Assembly (NCBI GenBank): GCA_002269645.1
Contig: NIVC01000459.1
Coordinates: forward strand, 1 to 64,000
Direction of reading: 5' to 3'
Source of the DNA: Macrostomum lignano
Taxonomy: Eukaryota
Length of the DNA stretch: 64,000 nt
Shown: positions 1-11,614 of the stretch, piece by piece
Layout of the letters: each line of letters begins with the position of its first letter
Numbering within the stretch: position 1 is the first letter of the stretch
Position numbers and translations under genes: made by a program
Notes under the pieces: generated by a model
Told to the model about the DNA's origin: nothing
Databases searched by the model: none
Seen by the model: only the letters and a program-made list of their open reading frames with translations

Positions 1-3000
1 CTACGCTGACCTGCGCCAAGACGCATCCGCGCGCCGCCATGCCCAGACGGTTGCCATTGGATTTTCTAACCGGCGACGAATTCGTTAAAGAGCTTGACAA
101 CTATCTTAGGCAGTCGTTTCACAAAAGGCGTGCCGCAACTGTTCCGATTGGTTGAAGGCCTGTACGACCAGCCTGGCAAAGCCGATGTCGCGCTCCGATT
201 GGTTGAAGGCTATCGGTCCAGTCTAGCTGATGCGGCAGATTCGGCGAATCGGATCCGGCCTCTAGCGCCGAGCCGCCTTCCACCTTGGTGTGGGTCTGGT
301 ACTACTTGGCCCAGCACTATAGCAAGCTGGGCCGGCCGGCCGAGGCCCTGCGCGTGATCGATCTGGCTATTGAGCACACCCCAACCCTCACCGAGCTCTA
401 CTCTCTCAAAGGCCAAATCTACAAAGACGCCGGCGATATTGTGTCAGCTTGCGAATATTTAAAAGAGGCGCAAAGTTTAGACACGGCCGATCGATACGTC
501 AATTCTGTCTGCGCTCGCTACCTGATACAGGCTGGCAGGATGGAGAGGCTGAACAGTTTCTTGGTCGGTTTACTCGGGTGAGTAATAATCTTAATCTATC
601 TGACTATCTATCTATCTATCTATCTATCAATCTATCTATCTATCTCTATAATAACCAATAGTGAATTTTGTAGTGAAATTTACTTTTTGAATAATAAAGC
701 TACTTTCAGTAGTTTTCAAGTAAATTGTGATTATTATTCAATACAAATTTAAGATAATGATTTGATTCATATGCAAAAACAACAGATTTATTGTTTTGCT
801 GTCTTAGATGTCTATGCTTACGCCAATATACGGTTCTTTTCAAAAGCTAAGTTGTGTATTTAACTTGTATTCTAAATATGTTTTTAATTTATGCAATCGG
901 TTACCTACGTAAGCTGGTTACAGGTTAGCTTAGGTCACGTTAACAATAAGTTTATCACAGCTTAACCTGCGAGTCTGCCTCTCAGTTTATGATGCCAGTC
1001 TCGCCACCTTCGGATCAGCCGGCCAAGTGGTCTAGGGGTATGATTCTCGCTTCGGGTGCGAGAGGTCCCGGGTTCGAATCCCGGCTTGGCCCCGAGTTTT
1101 TGCGATTTTAGTAGCGCAATCTTTTTCAGTGTTCTGAATATTTTTATCGCACAGTACTCAAAAATACTCTTTACGAGTGAAACTATAAACTAAGTCATGT
1201 TATAAATTTGCGTAGCCGATATGTATCGTCGAAAACTTTCTAAAGCATAAAATTACATTGTGTACGTTTTGTTTTTTTGTAGGAGGGCACAATCGCCGGT
1301 GAGCACCTGGCCGACATGCAGTGCATGTGGTACCTGACCGAATGCGCCGCTTCCTACAAACGCCTGGGCCAGTACGGCCAGGCCCTAAAAAAGTGCCACG
1401 AAGTTGAACGCCATTTCAACGAAATGGTCGAGGACCAATTCGATTTCCATTCATATTGCTTGCGCAAGATGACACTAAGAGCGTACGTGTCCATGCTGAG
1501 GCTAGAGGACAAGCTCAAAGCGCATCCGTATTATTTTACTGCGGCCCGATTAGCTATTGACACCTATCTCATGCTGCATAGGCGGCCTTTGGACGCTCTG
1601 GCTGACGACTCTGTAGGAAAAAATGACGGCTTATCCGCTGGGGAAGCCAAAAAGCTGAGAAGCAAACAGAGAAAAGCTCAGAAAAGGGCCGAACAGGTAT
1701 GAACTATTAAATAATTGGTACCACCGAGTTTTTAAATATTCAAGATTGCTCATTTGAAAAATTCACTAGTGCACTACTCCCGGTCACGGACAGATATAAA
1801 TAGTAAAGTATTAAAAAAATCATCTTTACATATGCAAATTCTACTACTGTCTAAGAGTAGTCACATGCACTTTATTATTAAACTAAATGCACTAGCTTAA
1901 AGATTTATTCATATATTAAATAGCATAATGAAACGCCTAAGAAATAAGAACTATTCCATAATTTGGCCAGGAGCGCCAAAAAGCCGAACAAGAGCAAGCG
2001 GCCCGTCTAGCGGCTAGAAAGGCGCATAACAAAGAGCACGACGCCGATTCGGACGCAAACGCATTCAAAGAGGAGGCTCTCGACCCTGAGAAGCTGGCCC
2101 GCACTGATAAGCCGTTAGATCAGGCCGTGACCTTTCTTCGCCGCTGCTCAATCTGTGCCCGGACAGTGTGGAAGCTCAATGCCTCGGCTTCGATGTCTAT
2201 CGGGCGAGGCAACGTCCGCTGCTGATGCTGCGCTGCCTATTGAAAGCCAAGTCAATCGATGCTAGCCATCCTTGGCTGCACGCTTGTTTAGTTCGCTTCC
2301 TGGCTATGACAGCCGATCAGCAGGGCGCCATGGCCGCTATGGAGCCGCCAGTTCGAGCTCTGATTGTGCAACACCTGCCCAGTCTGTTTGGCAGCGCCAG
2401 CGTTGCGCCAAAAGCTTTTAATGACGCCTTTCTAGCTAAGAGTGCCGGCAATTTTGTGAACACCTGCTGGGGTAAGCCTAAATGCATGAGCGGCTTTTGG
2501 TATGGATAGGGAACAAAGTAACTAATAAAATAACAGATTTAGAATTGGATCATTTCCCAAAATCCTCAAAACCCTGGCGCACTTTAAGCGACATTGTCAC
2601 ACAACCGTTTAGAAGCATTTCGGCCCCTTCCGCCGACTTCCGTGAGCAGGCTCCCCTAATACCTATGCAATCATACGCACAGGCACATACTCAGGAGTGT
2701 ACATCTGCCCTAACTTTAGAGCAGAGCGAAGCCAAGATTCCAATTCAGCCCTAAATTAATGTAACTGCACTAGGAATCGAGCCTGGGCCGCTGGCACATC
2801 AGAGCGCCGCGTAGGATAAATCGTGCATTAAGTACTTTTGTAAAAATTCAAATTTCTATTTTCAACGCCAGGCCTCCGTCTAAAATACGAGCTGGAAGGC
2901 TCCACCAGCCAGTCGGCCTGCTTAGCAGCCCTGACCGCCGCCCTGTCCGCCGGCTCAGCAGCCGGTATTGAGCGCCAACTGGAAGCCTGCTCCAATGCCT

Positions 3001-3200
3001 ACATTGAGCTCCGGTCTGGCGATCTATTTGGCACAGTAGATGCCGACAATTTGAATCGGCTGCGCACGCAATTGCACGATTTATTCCCCTATGCTAGGGA
3101 ATTCTTCTCTCCAACTGATGCCGCAGCGGCCGCCGCTGCCGTTGTCAAAATTCAACCGCAAGTTCTAAACGGCGAGACTAGTAACAATGGCGACGAGTAA
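1..3200 (+). CDS. NAA15: NatA auxiliary subunit NAA15/16, 3' part (5' end outside window); reading frame broken by 4 single-base indels
   Basis: Exons <1-577, 1283-1696, 1971-2471, 2872-3200 with GT..AG introns in consistent phase. Peptides PRRLPLDFL, KGVPQLF, EPPSTLVWVWYYLAQHY, TPTLTELY, LDTADRYVNS, MQCMWYLTECA, DQFDFHSYCLRKMTLRAY and LHDLFPYA follow NAA15 order. Frame shifts at ~118 (+T), ~233, ~545 and ~2142. Confidence 0.93.
1021..1092 (+). tRNA. tRNA-Pro (anticodon CGG), inside an NAA15 intron
   Basis: 72 nt; acceptor stem GGCCAAG/CTTGGCC, anticodon arm CTCGC-TTCGGGT-GCGAG, T-arm CCGGG-TTCGAAT-CCCGG, T-run terminator ~5 nt downstream; closely resembles eukaryotic tRNA-Pro. Confidence 0.95.
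2665..2810 (-). mobile_element. Internally deleted, 5'-truncated copy of the tRNA-derived SINE at 60385-60647
   Basis: AATTCAGCCCTAAATTAATGTAACTGCACTAGGAATCGAGCCTGGGCCGCTGGCACATCAGAGCGCCGCG is near-identical to 60557-60626; the tail TCATACGCACAGGCACA is also shared; ~70 bp of the middle is missing. Confidence 0.8.
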
Positions 3201-4964
3201 TGACGCACGATAATGAGCAGTGCAACTTTGAGCTAGAAAAGAATGGTGATTTTTTTAAGTTCGTCTAAATTAAAATATCTTCGATATAGCCTACTTTTTC
3301 GGTGATCTAAGTAGGCAAGTGATGAATTTTGTTAATAATTTTTTAACTAAAAATATTTCAAATCCTGACTTTTCTAAGAAATTCTATTTGCCTACTTATC
3401 ATTTTCACCCACAACAGTAGTATAGATTAAATATATTTATTACATAAGGAACACGATGAAGCATTCAGTATAACTTTTAAAACATCCTGCTAATCAATTT
3501 ATATAGCTGATTAAAATCTACCTTCAAAACTGTTGCGTTATTCTTACCTTAGATGCATCCTAATTAACGGAACTGCAAAATATCTGTCATCAGAAAACAT
3601 TTCCAACTAATTTAAAAAGAAATAGGCGTTCACTCACTCCGATCCTTTTTATCTCTACGCCGTCATTCATTATCCAGTTCAATCCGCTTTCAATCAAGTT
3701 AAATTACTCTCTAACCGCTTGCGAGTGGGGCTTTTTTGCGCGTGTCACTATTATATTACCTTATCGCTTTTGTAGAATTATCCCCCTTATCTGTTCAGTT
3801 GTAGCTCAGTAGTATCTATTGCCCGTCAGTAGTATGACAGCAAATCTTAATTGTTTTCATCTGTCTTCTTTGTTGCTTTTTTAGCTTAAATTAATGATAA
3901 AAATATGTAATTGGATTATGATGAATTCCATGTTCGGCCCTGTTTGATTTGCTATGTGGGGAATTCTTTGCCATTGGTATTTTTTCGTTATAAACTATAC
4001 CGCTTCTTAACTATTCTCCCTGTAGTTGAACTATGGTTCAGCATATTGATAATAATTATCGTGAGCACGCTGAGAATTTACTCAAAATCGTTGCTGTGCT
4101 GGTTCCAATTTCAATACTGACTTCTCCCTACACGCTATTTTCGATTAATTTTTGCCAACTGTTTTTCGTTTATCATGTACTACTGCTACTACTACTGGGG
4201 CACTAATAAGTTGTGAGTAGTATACTCTGCTTTACGCTCGGGTCTCTACTTCGTTTTTTAAATTGTTATTGAGACTCCAATTTGTTTTAATTTGTTTGTC
4301 TTTTTTCTCAGTTTCTGAACCGTGTGTGCATGCTAGTTTCAGTTGGTCTTTTTTTATAGAATATTTAACTGGCTCCTAATCTGCGGATTGTCTTTAAAAT
4401 TAAATAACACCATTTCTTTTGTCTGCTTCTCTAAAGTACATTTGAAAAAATCGATTGCCAAGCCTCTCCGGGTTCGTCTTGGTGTGCCCGTTATTGCTTT
4501 GTCAACCCCGCCGCCGCCCTCAGCAGCTTTAGAATTGCGTTTGTGTTAGCTGAAATGCCACCCGTGTCCACTCCTCTCTTCCCTTCCGCCGCCTTCTGTC
4601 GGTTGCATATTACTTAATTATTTACTTCTTTATTTAATAATATGTAATAGCAAATGTTGAGATCTGTTTGACCCTGTTCACTATTTATAATTAGCTGCGT
4701 ACTATTATATCTGATATGAATGTATGTTTATCAGAATGCGACACACTCGCCTGCCGTAATGTTGTTCGGTTAAAGCCACTTGTTTTGTATGCGTGCGCAT
4801 TATGAGAACTACTGTGCCCGGCAAAATTACCGCTCTTATAACTATACACTTTTCCTTTCTAATAGGGGCATTGACTTGGACTTGATTTTCTTTCCTATGC
4901 TTTTACAGACATGTAAGTATGTAGTTCAATTCTTGAAGGAATAAAACTTATATAGTGATTGTAC

Positions 4965-6100
4965 GGGTTGTAGCCTAGTGCTTGGGGTTGTAGCCTAGTA
5001 CTTGGGGTTGTAGCCTAGTACTTGGGGTTGTAGCCTAGTACTTGGGGTTGTAGCCTAGTACTTGGGGTTGTAGCCTAGTACTTGGGGTTGTAGCCTAGTA
5101 CTTGGGGTTGTAGCCTAGTACTTGGGGTTGTAGCCTAGTACTTGGGGTTGTAGCCTAGTACTTGGGGTTGTAGCCTAGTACTTGGGGTTGTAGCCTAGTA
5201 CTTGGGGTTGTAGCCTAGTACTTGGGGTTGTAGCCTAGTACTTGGGGTTGTAGCCTAGTACTTGGGGTTGTAGCCTAGTACTTGGGGTTGTAGCCTAGTA
5301 CTAGGGGTTGTAGCCTAGTACTTGGGGTTGTAGCCTAGTACTTGGGGTTGTAGCCTAGTACTTGGGGTTGTAGCCTAGTACTTGGGGTTGTAGCCTAGTA
5401 CTTGGGGTTGTAGCCTAGTACTTAGGGTTGCAGCCTAGTACTTGGGGTTGTAGCCTAGTACTAGGGGTTGTAGCCTAGTACTTGGGGTTGTAGCCTAGTA
5501 CTTGGGGTTGTAGCCTAGTACTTGGGATTGTAGCCTAGTACTTGGGGTTGTAGCCTAGTACTAGGGGTTGTAGCCTAGTACTTGGGGTTGTAGCCTAGTA
5601 CTTGGGGTTGTAGCCTAGTACTTGGGGTTGTAGCCTAGTACTTGGGGTTGTAGCCTAGTACTTGGGGTTGTAGCCTAGTACTTAGGGTTGCAGCCTAGTA
5701 CTTGGGGTTGTAGCCTAGTACTAGGGGTTGTAGCCTAGTACTTGGGGTTGTAGCCTAGTACTTGGGGTTGTAGCCTAGTACTTGGGATTGTAGCCTAGTA
5801 CTAAAGGTTGTAGCCTAGTACTTGGGGTTGTAGCCTAGTACTTGGGATTGTAGCCTAGTACTAGGAGTTGTAGCCTAGTACTAGGGGTTGTAGCCTAGTA
5901 CTTGGGGTTGTAGCCTAGTACTTGGGGTTGTAGCCTAGTACTTGGGATTGTAGCCTAGTACTAAAGGTTGTAGCCTAGTACTTGGGGTTGTAGCCTAGTA
6001 CTTGGGGTTGTAGCCTAGTACTTGGGATTGTAGCCTAGTACTAGGAGTTGTAGCCTAGTACTAGGGGTTGTAGCCTAGTACTAGGGGTTGTAGCCTAGTG
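4965..6100. repeat. 20-bp minisatellite (CTTGGGGTTGTAGCCTAGTA), ~56 copies
   Basis: Head-to-tail near-perfect units with no spacers; the last unit runs straight into the SINE head. Confidence 0.97.
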
Positions 6101-6400
6101 GTTAGAGCATCAGAATCGCGAGTAGAAGGTCGGGGGTTCGATTCCCGATCCCACTGGAACAACTTGTGTCCTTAAGCAAGTCACTTGAGTAAATCACTTA
6201 ACTCTGCATTGCTTCAGTTCACCCAGCTGTAAAATGGGTGCCAGCATTAGCTAGGATAATTGAGGGTGTGTGTGGCGACCCCCCCCCCCCAGTCCTTGGA
6301 CTGAACAGCCGTACGCAGCCTTCGCGCAATAGCTGCGGCTGAGCTGTGGGTTGCACTGCTTGCACATCTGGTGCAATCGGGGCAGGTGTAGTCAATTATT
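6084..6400 (+). mobile_element. tRNA-derived SINE with CORE-like central domain
   Basis: A box TAGCCTAGTGG (6091-6101), B box GGTTCGATTCC (6135-6145), non-pairing anticodon arm, then TGTGTCCTTAAGCAAGTCACTT...CTTCAGTTCACCCAGCTGTAAAATGGG resembling the MIR/CORE consensus. 3' end approximate. Confidence 0.75.
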
Positions 6401-6693
6401 ATAATTTCTATTATTATGGTGAATAGAAATTATTAAGGTAATGCTACTACTATTTTACTACTACTACTACTATTTATCCTGAAGCTCCCAATTAAATAGT
6501 AAAAAGTTTTATATATCTGGTTAAATAGTTTTATACCTTATTGTAACTCTACTAAGTAAAAGTCACTTTTAACAGTTTCTTTAAAAATGTTTGTAAAAAG
6601 CTTCAGTAGTCTACTGCTAGTAGCACAGTTGGCTTATACGCACAGTAATTAATTGTTAAATGCATGCGAATCGCAAGCACCCTCTAAAATAAA

Positions 6694-7026
6694 ATGAGCG
6701 CAGCCAAAAGAGCCAGCAAGAAGGCGCAGGAGAACATCAACGCCCGATTGGCTTTGGTGATGAAGAGCGGCAAAGTTGTGCTCGGTCTCAATCAGACCAT
6801 CAAATGCCTGCGCCAGGGCAAGGCTAAGCTGGTAATCTTGGCCAATAACACCCCAGCGCTGCGTAAGAGCCTTATTGAGTACTACTCAATGCTGGCCAAG
6901 GCCGGTGTCCATCACTATACTGGCTCCAACATTGAATTGGGCACGGCCTGTGGTAAGCACTTCAAGATCTGCACTATGGCCATTCTGGATCCCGGAGATT
7001 CCGACATCATCCGCGAATTGAACTAA
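6694..7026 (+). CDS. RPL30: 60S ribosomal protein L30 (eL30), intronless CDS, 110 aa
   Basis: [64 protein letters not shown]; AATAAA shortly after the stop. Confidence 0.97.
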   Translation: MSAAKRASKKAQENINARLALVMKSGKVVLGLNQTIKCLRQGKAKLVILANNTPALRKSLIEYYSMLAKAGVHHYTGSNIELGTACGKHFKICTMAILDPGDSDIIRELN

Positions 7027-7414
7027 AGGCTTGACTAACTCTGTGGCCGCTTCATAAATAAATAGGGTTAAATAGGGTTAAAATGAGTAATAATAAAAAT
7101 TGAAGGACTGAATATTGCAGCAGCAGCAGCAGTAGATCGATTTGGTTAAATTTGTTTTAAAAATTGAAAAAAAATAAATTAAAACAAATTTAGCTTAAAG
7201 TGTGCGTTTCGCCGATCTTGGATAATTATTGTTGTTGTATTCTTGTCTTCTTTCTTTCATTTTTATGCGTACGCATTTTTATCCTCTGAATTTATCCTCT
7301 GAAACTGCACCATAATAGGCCCTCAATTTAGCACATAGAGATAGTTACTATACCTATTTACAGTATTAAAGTAGCGTCCCGTAACATATAGCAAATAGCA
7401 TCCCATATAAAAGT

Positions 7415-8170
7415 GCCCCTTAACAGTGTCCCATAACAGTGTCCCATAACAGTGTCGCATAACAGTGTCCCAAAACAAACAGTGTCCCATAACAGTGTCC
7501 CATAACTGTCACATAAGTGTCGCATAACAGTGTCCCATAACAGTGTCGCACAACAGTGCCCCATAACAGTGTCACATAACAAAGCCCCATAACAGTGTCA
7601 CATAACAAAGCCCCATAACAGTGTCCCATAACAGTGTCCCATAACAGTGTCGCACAACAGTGTCCCATAACAGTGTCACATAAGTGTCGCACAACAGTGT
7701 CCCATAACAGTGTCGCACAACAGTGTCCCATAACAGTGTCACATAACAAAGCCCCATAACAGTGTCACATAACAAAGCCCCATAACAGTGTCCCATATCA
7801 GTGTCCCATAACAGTGTCGCACAACAGTGTCCCATAACAGTGTCGCACAACAGTGTCCCATAACAGTGTCGCACAACAGTGTCCCATAACAGTGTCGCAC
7901 AACAGTGTCCCATAACAGTGTCGCACAACAGTGTCCCATAACAGTGTCGCACAACAGTGTCCCATAACAGTGTCGCACAACAGTGTCCCATAACAAAGCC
8001 CCATAACAGTGTCACATAAGTGCTCCATGACAGTGCTCCATAACAGTGTTATAACTGTTAATTGCCACGACATTGCTCCATAACAGTGTTATAACTGTTA
8101 ATTGCCACGACATTGCTCCATAACAGTGTTATAACTGTTAATTGCCACGACATTGCGCCATAACAGCGCC
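7415..8170. repeat. ~14-bp minisatellite (AACAGTGTCCCAT/AACAGTGTCGCAC variants)
   Basis: Tandem units read directly; they explain the repetitive ORFs at 7358-8073. Confidence 0.9.
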
Positions 8171-8306
8171 TCTTACAACAGTTAAAACAACATCTCTTAC
8201 CGCTTGTAGCATCTCAGATTTCTAATAAGAAATTTTACATTAAAATCAGGCAGTGAAATTAATAACACGCGTGCGCACATTCCTGCTCAGCAGATTTCGC
8301 TACTGA

Positions 8307-11019
8307 ATGTCGCTATACGACGATCTCGATGTCACACCCGGAGCCAATTCCGGCGGCGTCGGGGGTGGCAGCGCTGCATCCGGTTGGAGTCTTCCTATGC
8401 AGAAGACTTTGCTTTTGCAACAGCAGAAACGTTTACAACAGCAGCAACAACAGCAGGCTGCGTCGGGTGGCAGCGGCTCAGCATCATCTGGCCCGACTCT
8501 GGCGCCGGTGCTGAATCTGCGCGGCAAGCAGCGGGACTCCCGCCATGGTGTCATTGTTGGCAATCTGGGCTCCGGCGTTGGCGGCGGAGAGTACAGGTTC
8601 GGGATGGCATGTTTGCGGGATTGTAGAAAGTCCTCAAAAAGCAGTTCCCAGTCTTCGAATAGCCACCCAGTCCTCAAATAGCCACCCAGTCCTCAAAAAG
8701 CAGTTCCCAGTCTTCAAATAGCCACCCAGTCCTCAAAAAGCAGTTCCAAGTCCTCAAATAGCCACCCAGTCCTCAAAAAGCAGTTCCCAGTCTTCAAATA
8801 GCCACCCAGTCCTCAAAAAGCAGTTCCCAGTCTTCAAATAGCCACCCAGTCCTCAAATAGCCACCCAGTCCTCAAATAGCCGCCCAGTCCTCAAATAGCC
8901 ACCCAGTCCTCAAATAGCCACCCAGTCCTCAAATAGCCGCCCAGTCTTCAAATAGCTACCCAGTCCTCAGAAAGCAGTTCCCAGTCTTCAAATAGCTACC
9001 CAGTCCTCAAATAGCCACCCAGTCCTCAGAAAGCAGTTCCCAGTCCTCAAATAGCCGCCCCAGTCCTCAAATAGCCACCCAGTCCTCAGAAAGCAGTTCC
9101 CAGTCCTCAAATAGCCGCCCCAGTCCTCAAATAGCCACCCAGTCCTCAGAAAGCAGTTTCCAATCCTCAAATAGCCGCCACTAGTCCTCAAATAGCCGCC
9201 CCAGTCCTCAAATAGCCGCCCAGTCCTCAGAAAGCAGTTCCCAGTCCTCAAATAGCTGCCCCTAGTTTTCTAGTAGTGAATGCTAGTTATATGGAGCAGA
9301 TAGTCTCGCACAAAGAGCTAAAGCGCAAACAAAGACACACTTGTGTACAACGCACCCGGCCACACACACGCAACCGCATTGGTCCCAGATTCAACCAGCG
9401 CACTGGCCGAATGGAACGAGCCGAACCGGTTGCCGGCGTAGCCAAATCAATAGCCAACGATCCCACTCTGTCGCTCGGCCCAGACGACAATTATAATCCA
9501 TTTTATCCGAACGAATACGACGAAGTTATTGGCATGATTCGGGCTAAAAGAAAGATGCAAGAATTGGCTGACAATGAGAAACAGATCAAGCAGAAGCAGC
9601 AAAAGCAGCAGCAAAAGCAGCAGCAACAACAACAACAGCAGCAGCCACAGAGACAGTCTGGTCACGATTCGGACGGCAGTTTTGATCGGTCCGGCTCGGA
9701 CACTGACGAAGAGGAAGACAAAAAGCGCCAAATGGGTCGAGGAGCCTACATAGCGCCGCCAAGTTCGCTAGTTGAGCAGGACTCAAAGCTGCCTCCAGTT
9801 GATCAATCCTCCTCATCTGCCCAGTATCCGCCATTTGGCAAGCAGAGCTTAGCCGAGAAGCACAATGTCAGCAGCGCGGCGGCCAAAATGATGGCCAAAA
9901 TGGGCTATAGACACGGCCAGGGTCTCGGTCGCGAAGGCCAGGGCATGGCCTCGGCTCTGTCCGTTGAGAAAACTAGCAAACGGGGCGGCAAAATTGTTAG
10001 CGAATTGGATCGGTATAAGAATCCCTCATTGGTGAGTGACTGCCTGCTGGATTTTATTGTCCTAATCTATTGCTCTCCCGAGTTCCTCCATCATAAAGCT
10101 GAAGCAGCGCATTGAGACTTTGCACAGAAACTTTGCCTATTTTAATAATTCTAATTTGCTGTCTAGTTATTCTCTCTAATTGCCACTTCTAATCCGCTCT
10201 CTAGTTAATAATCTCTCTAATTGCCACTTCTAATCCGCTCTCTAGTTAATAATCTCTCTAATTGCCACTTCTAATCCGCTCTGTAGTTAATCTCTCTAAT
10301 TGCCACTTCTAATCCGCTCTCTAGTTAATAATCTCTCTAATTGTCACTTCTAATCCGCTAATCTACTTAATCTATCTAATTGTCACTTCTAATCCGCTAA
10401 TCTCTCTAGTTAATCTCTCTAATTGCCACTTCTAATCCGCTCTCTAGCTAATCTCTTAATTGCTCCTTCTAATCCGGTGTCAAGTCCCGTAAAACTTGTC
10501 CTCTCACATGACATGATGGAACACATTTAACAGGCTATTTGAATCCGGGCAATATTTTTAAGCCGGTTCATTGATATGCTTTCCACCAACTCTGATCGCT
10601 TATCTGTCTACTTACTGTGACTTAAAAGTACACGTTTCTGTTGATAATATCACAAATGAAGCAGCGCCCCCCCCCACCTGCCCCAATTAACCCTCGCACA
10701 GGTGATCATGCTCACTAACATGGTCGGGCCTGGCGAAGTCGACGACGAACTAGAGGACGAAATCAAAGACGAATGCCAGAAGTATGGCCCCGTAGTCTTA
10801 GTCACCATATTTGAATTTCAGCGACCGAATATTCCACCAGAGGAGGCTGTACGAATATTTGTCGAATTCGAACGCATGGACTCGGCAATTAAAGCTATGA
10901 ACGAGCTCAATGGTAGATTCTTTGGCGGCCGGACAGTTACCTGCAGATTCTACGATACGGAAAAATTCCGCGATTTGGAGCTGGAAGGCCAGCCTATGCC
11001 GCTTGAACTGAACGAGTGA
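8307..11019 (+). CDS. RBM17: Splicing factor 45 (G-patch + UHM), ~416 aa
   Basis: Exons 8307-8596, 9389-10031, 10702-11019 (phases 2, 0) join in frame. MSLYDDL start, YNPFYPNEY, G-patch AAKMMAKMGYRHGQGLGREGQG, UHM LTNMVGPGEVDDELEDEIKDECQKYG...AVRIFVEF...LNGRFFGGR. Confidence 0.93.
8625..9262. repeat. 19/21-bp composite minisatellite (CAGTCCTCAAATAGCCACC / CAGTCCTCAAAAAGCAGTTCC) in SPF45 intron 1
   Basis: Tandem units read directly. Confidence 0.9.
10160..10475. repeat. ~38-bp minisatellite (TCTCTAATTGCCACTTCTAATCCGCTCTCTAGTTAATA) in SPF45 intron 2
   Basis: About 8 tandem units. Confidence 0.85.
10508..10600 (+). ncRNA. Box C/D snoRNA candidate, family 1 copy a (SPF45 intron 2)
   Basis: C ATGATGG 10513-10519; guide ATTTAACAGGCTA + D' TTGA; C' TGATAT; guide TCCACCAAC + D CTGA 10592-10595; D box ~106 nt upstream of the 3' splice site; two paralogues in the window. 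Confidence 0.75.
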
Positions 11020-11415
11020 TTAAATCAGCCTTTCAGATTGCTTATTCATCACTAATGCTATTGCTAGCGTATGTTTGTGTACAGATACTTTTTGAAGGCT
11101 TTGTAAATTCGTCTCTAGTTTATTACCATCGGTAGCAAGAATCAACTATTTTGAACTACCGGCCTTCAAATTTAGACAAATTAAAATAAGAAAGTCTTAA
11201 CAAATTCATAACTTTTCAGCTTCTTATCCTTCTATTTATGCAGCCCATTCTAATAATTGTTGTTGTTAATATTATTACAAATGTAAAGTTATACCACATT
11301 TATTATTTGTTTAATAAATTGTGTCAGTAATTTGTGTTCCAATTATGAGTCATTTACGTGTCGCTGATGTACTTTTTGTTATTTTTTCTTTGCTAACAGT
11401 TTTTGTAGAATAAGA

Positions 11416-11536
11416 CCGAGAGATGATGACAAATTAGTTGTCAGGCTAGTTGATTTTTGGCAATTTTGTTAATGCTTTTCAGGCATTGCGTTGCCGCCTG
11501 ATGATACACAAACTCCACCAACTCTGAGATTGTCGG
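11416..11536 (+). ncRNA. Box C/D snoRNA candidate, family 1 copy b (between SPF45 and the ZC3H13-like gene)
   Basis: C ATGATGA 11423-11429; TCAGGCTA-G + D' TTGA; C' TGATGA 11499-11504; ACTCCACCAAC-T + D CTGA 11524-11527; terminal stem CCGA/TCGG. Confidence 0.75.
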
Positions 11537-11614
11537 TCTTTTATAGCTTGCTGGTTGATATCATTTAGTGTAGATTATAATGTTTTGCGGTTATACAGAT
11601 ACCCAGGATACCCT

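Noticed and set aside
3309-3397. C/D snoRNA or SECIS in the NAA15 3' region (GTGATGA...CTGA; AAGTAGGCAA/TTGCCTACTT arms)
   Set aside because: AT-rich interior with no recognisable guide, no paralogue, and no in-frame UGA in the visible NAA15 sequence.
3918-4120. ATGATGA...TTGA...CTGA box set
   Set aside because: No guide I could assign, no terminal stem, no intron context.
4965-6100. CRISPR-like regular array
   Set aside because: Units are head-to-tail with no unique spacers, the context is eukaryotic and there are no cas genes. The same applies to all other arrays.
7062-7082. Telomere-like repeats (also 36624-36637 and 47706-47716)
   Set aside because: Only about two imperfect units each; expected by chance.
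9276-9388. N-terminus of ORF 9276-10115 as a gene start
   Set aside because: Intronic read-through; the true exon starts at 9389 and joins exon 8307-8596.
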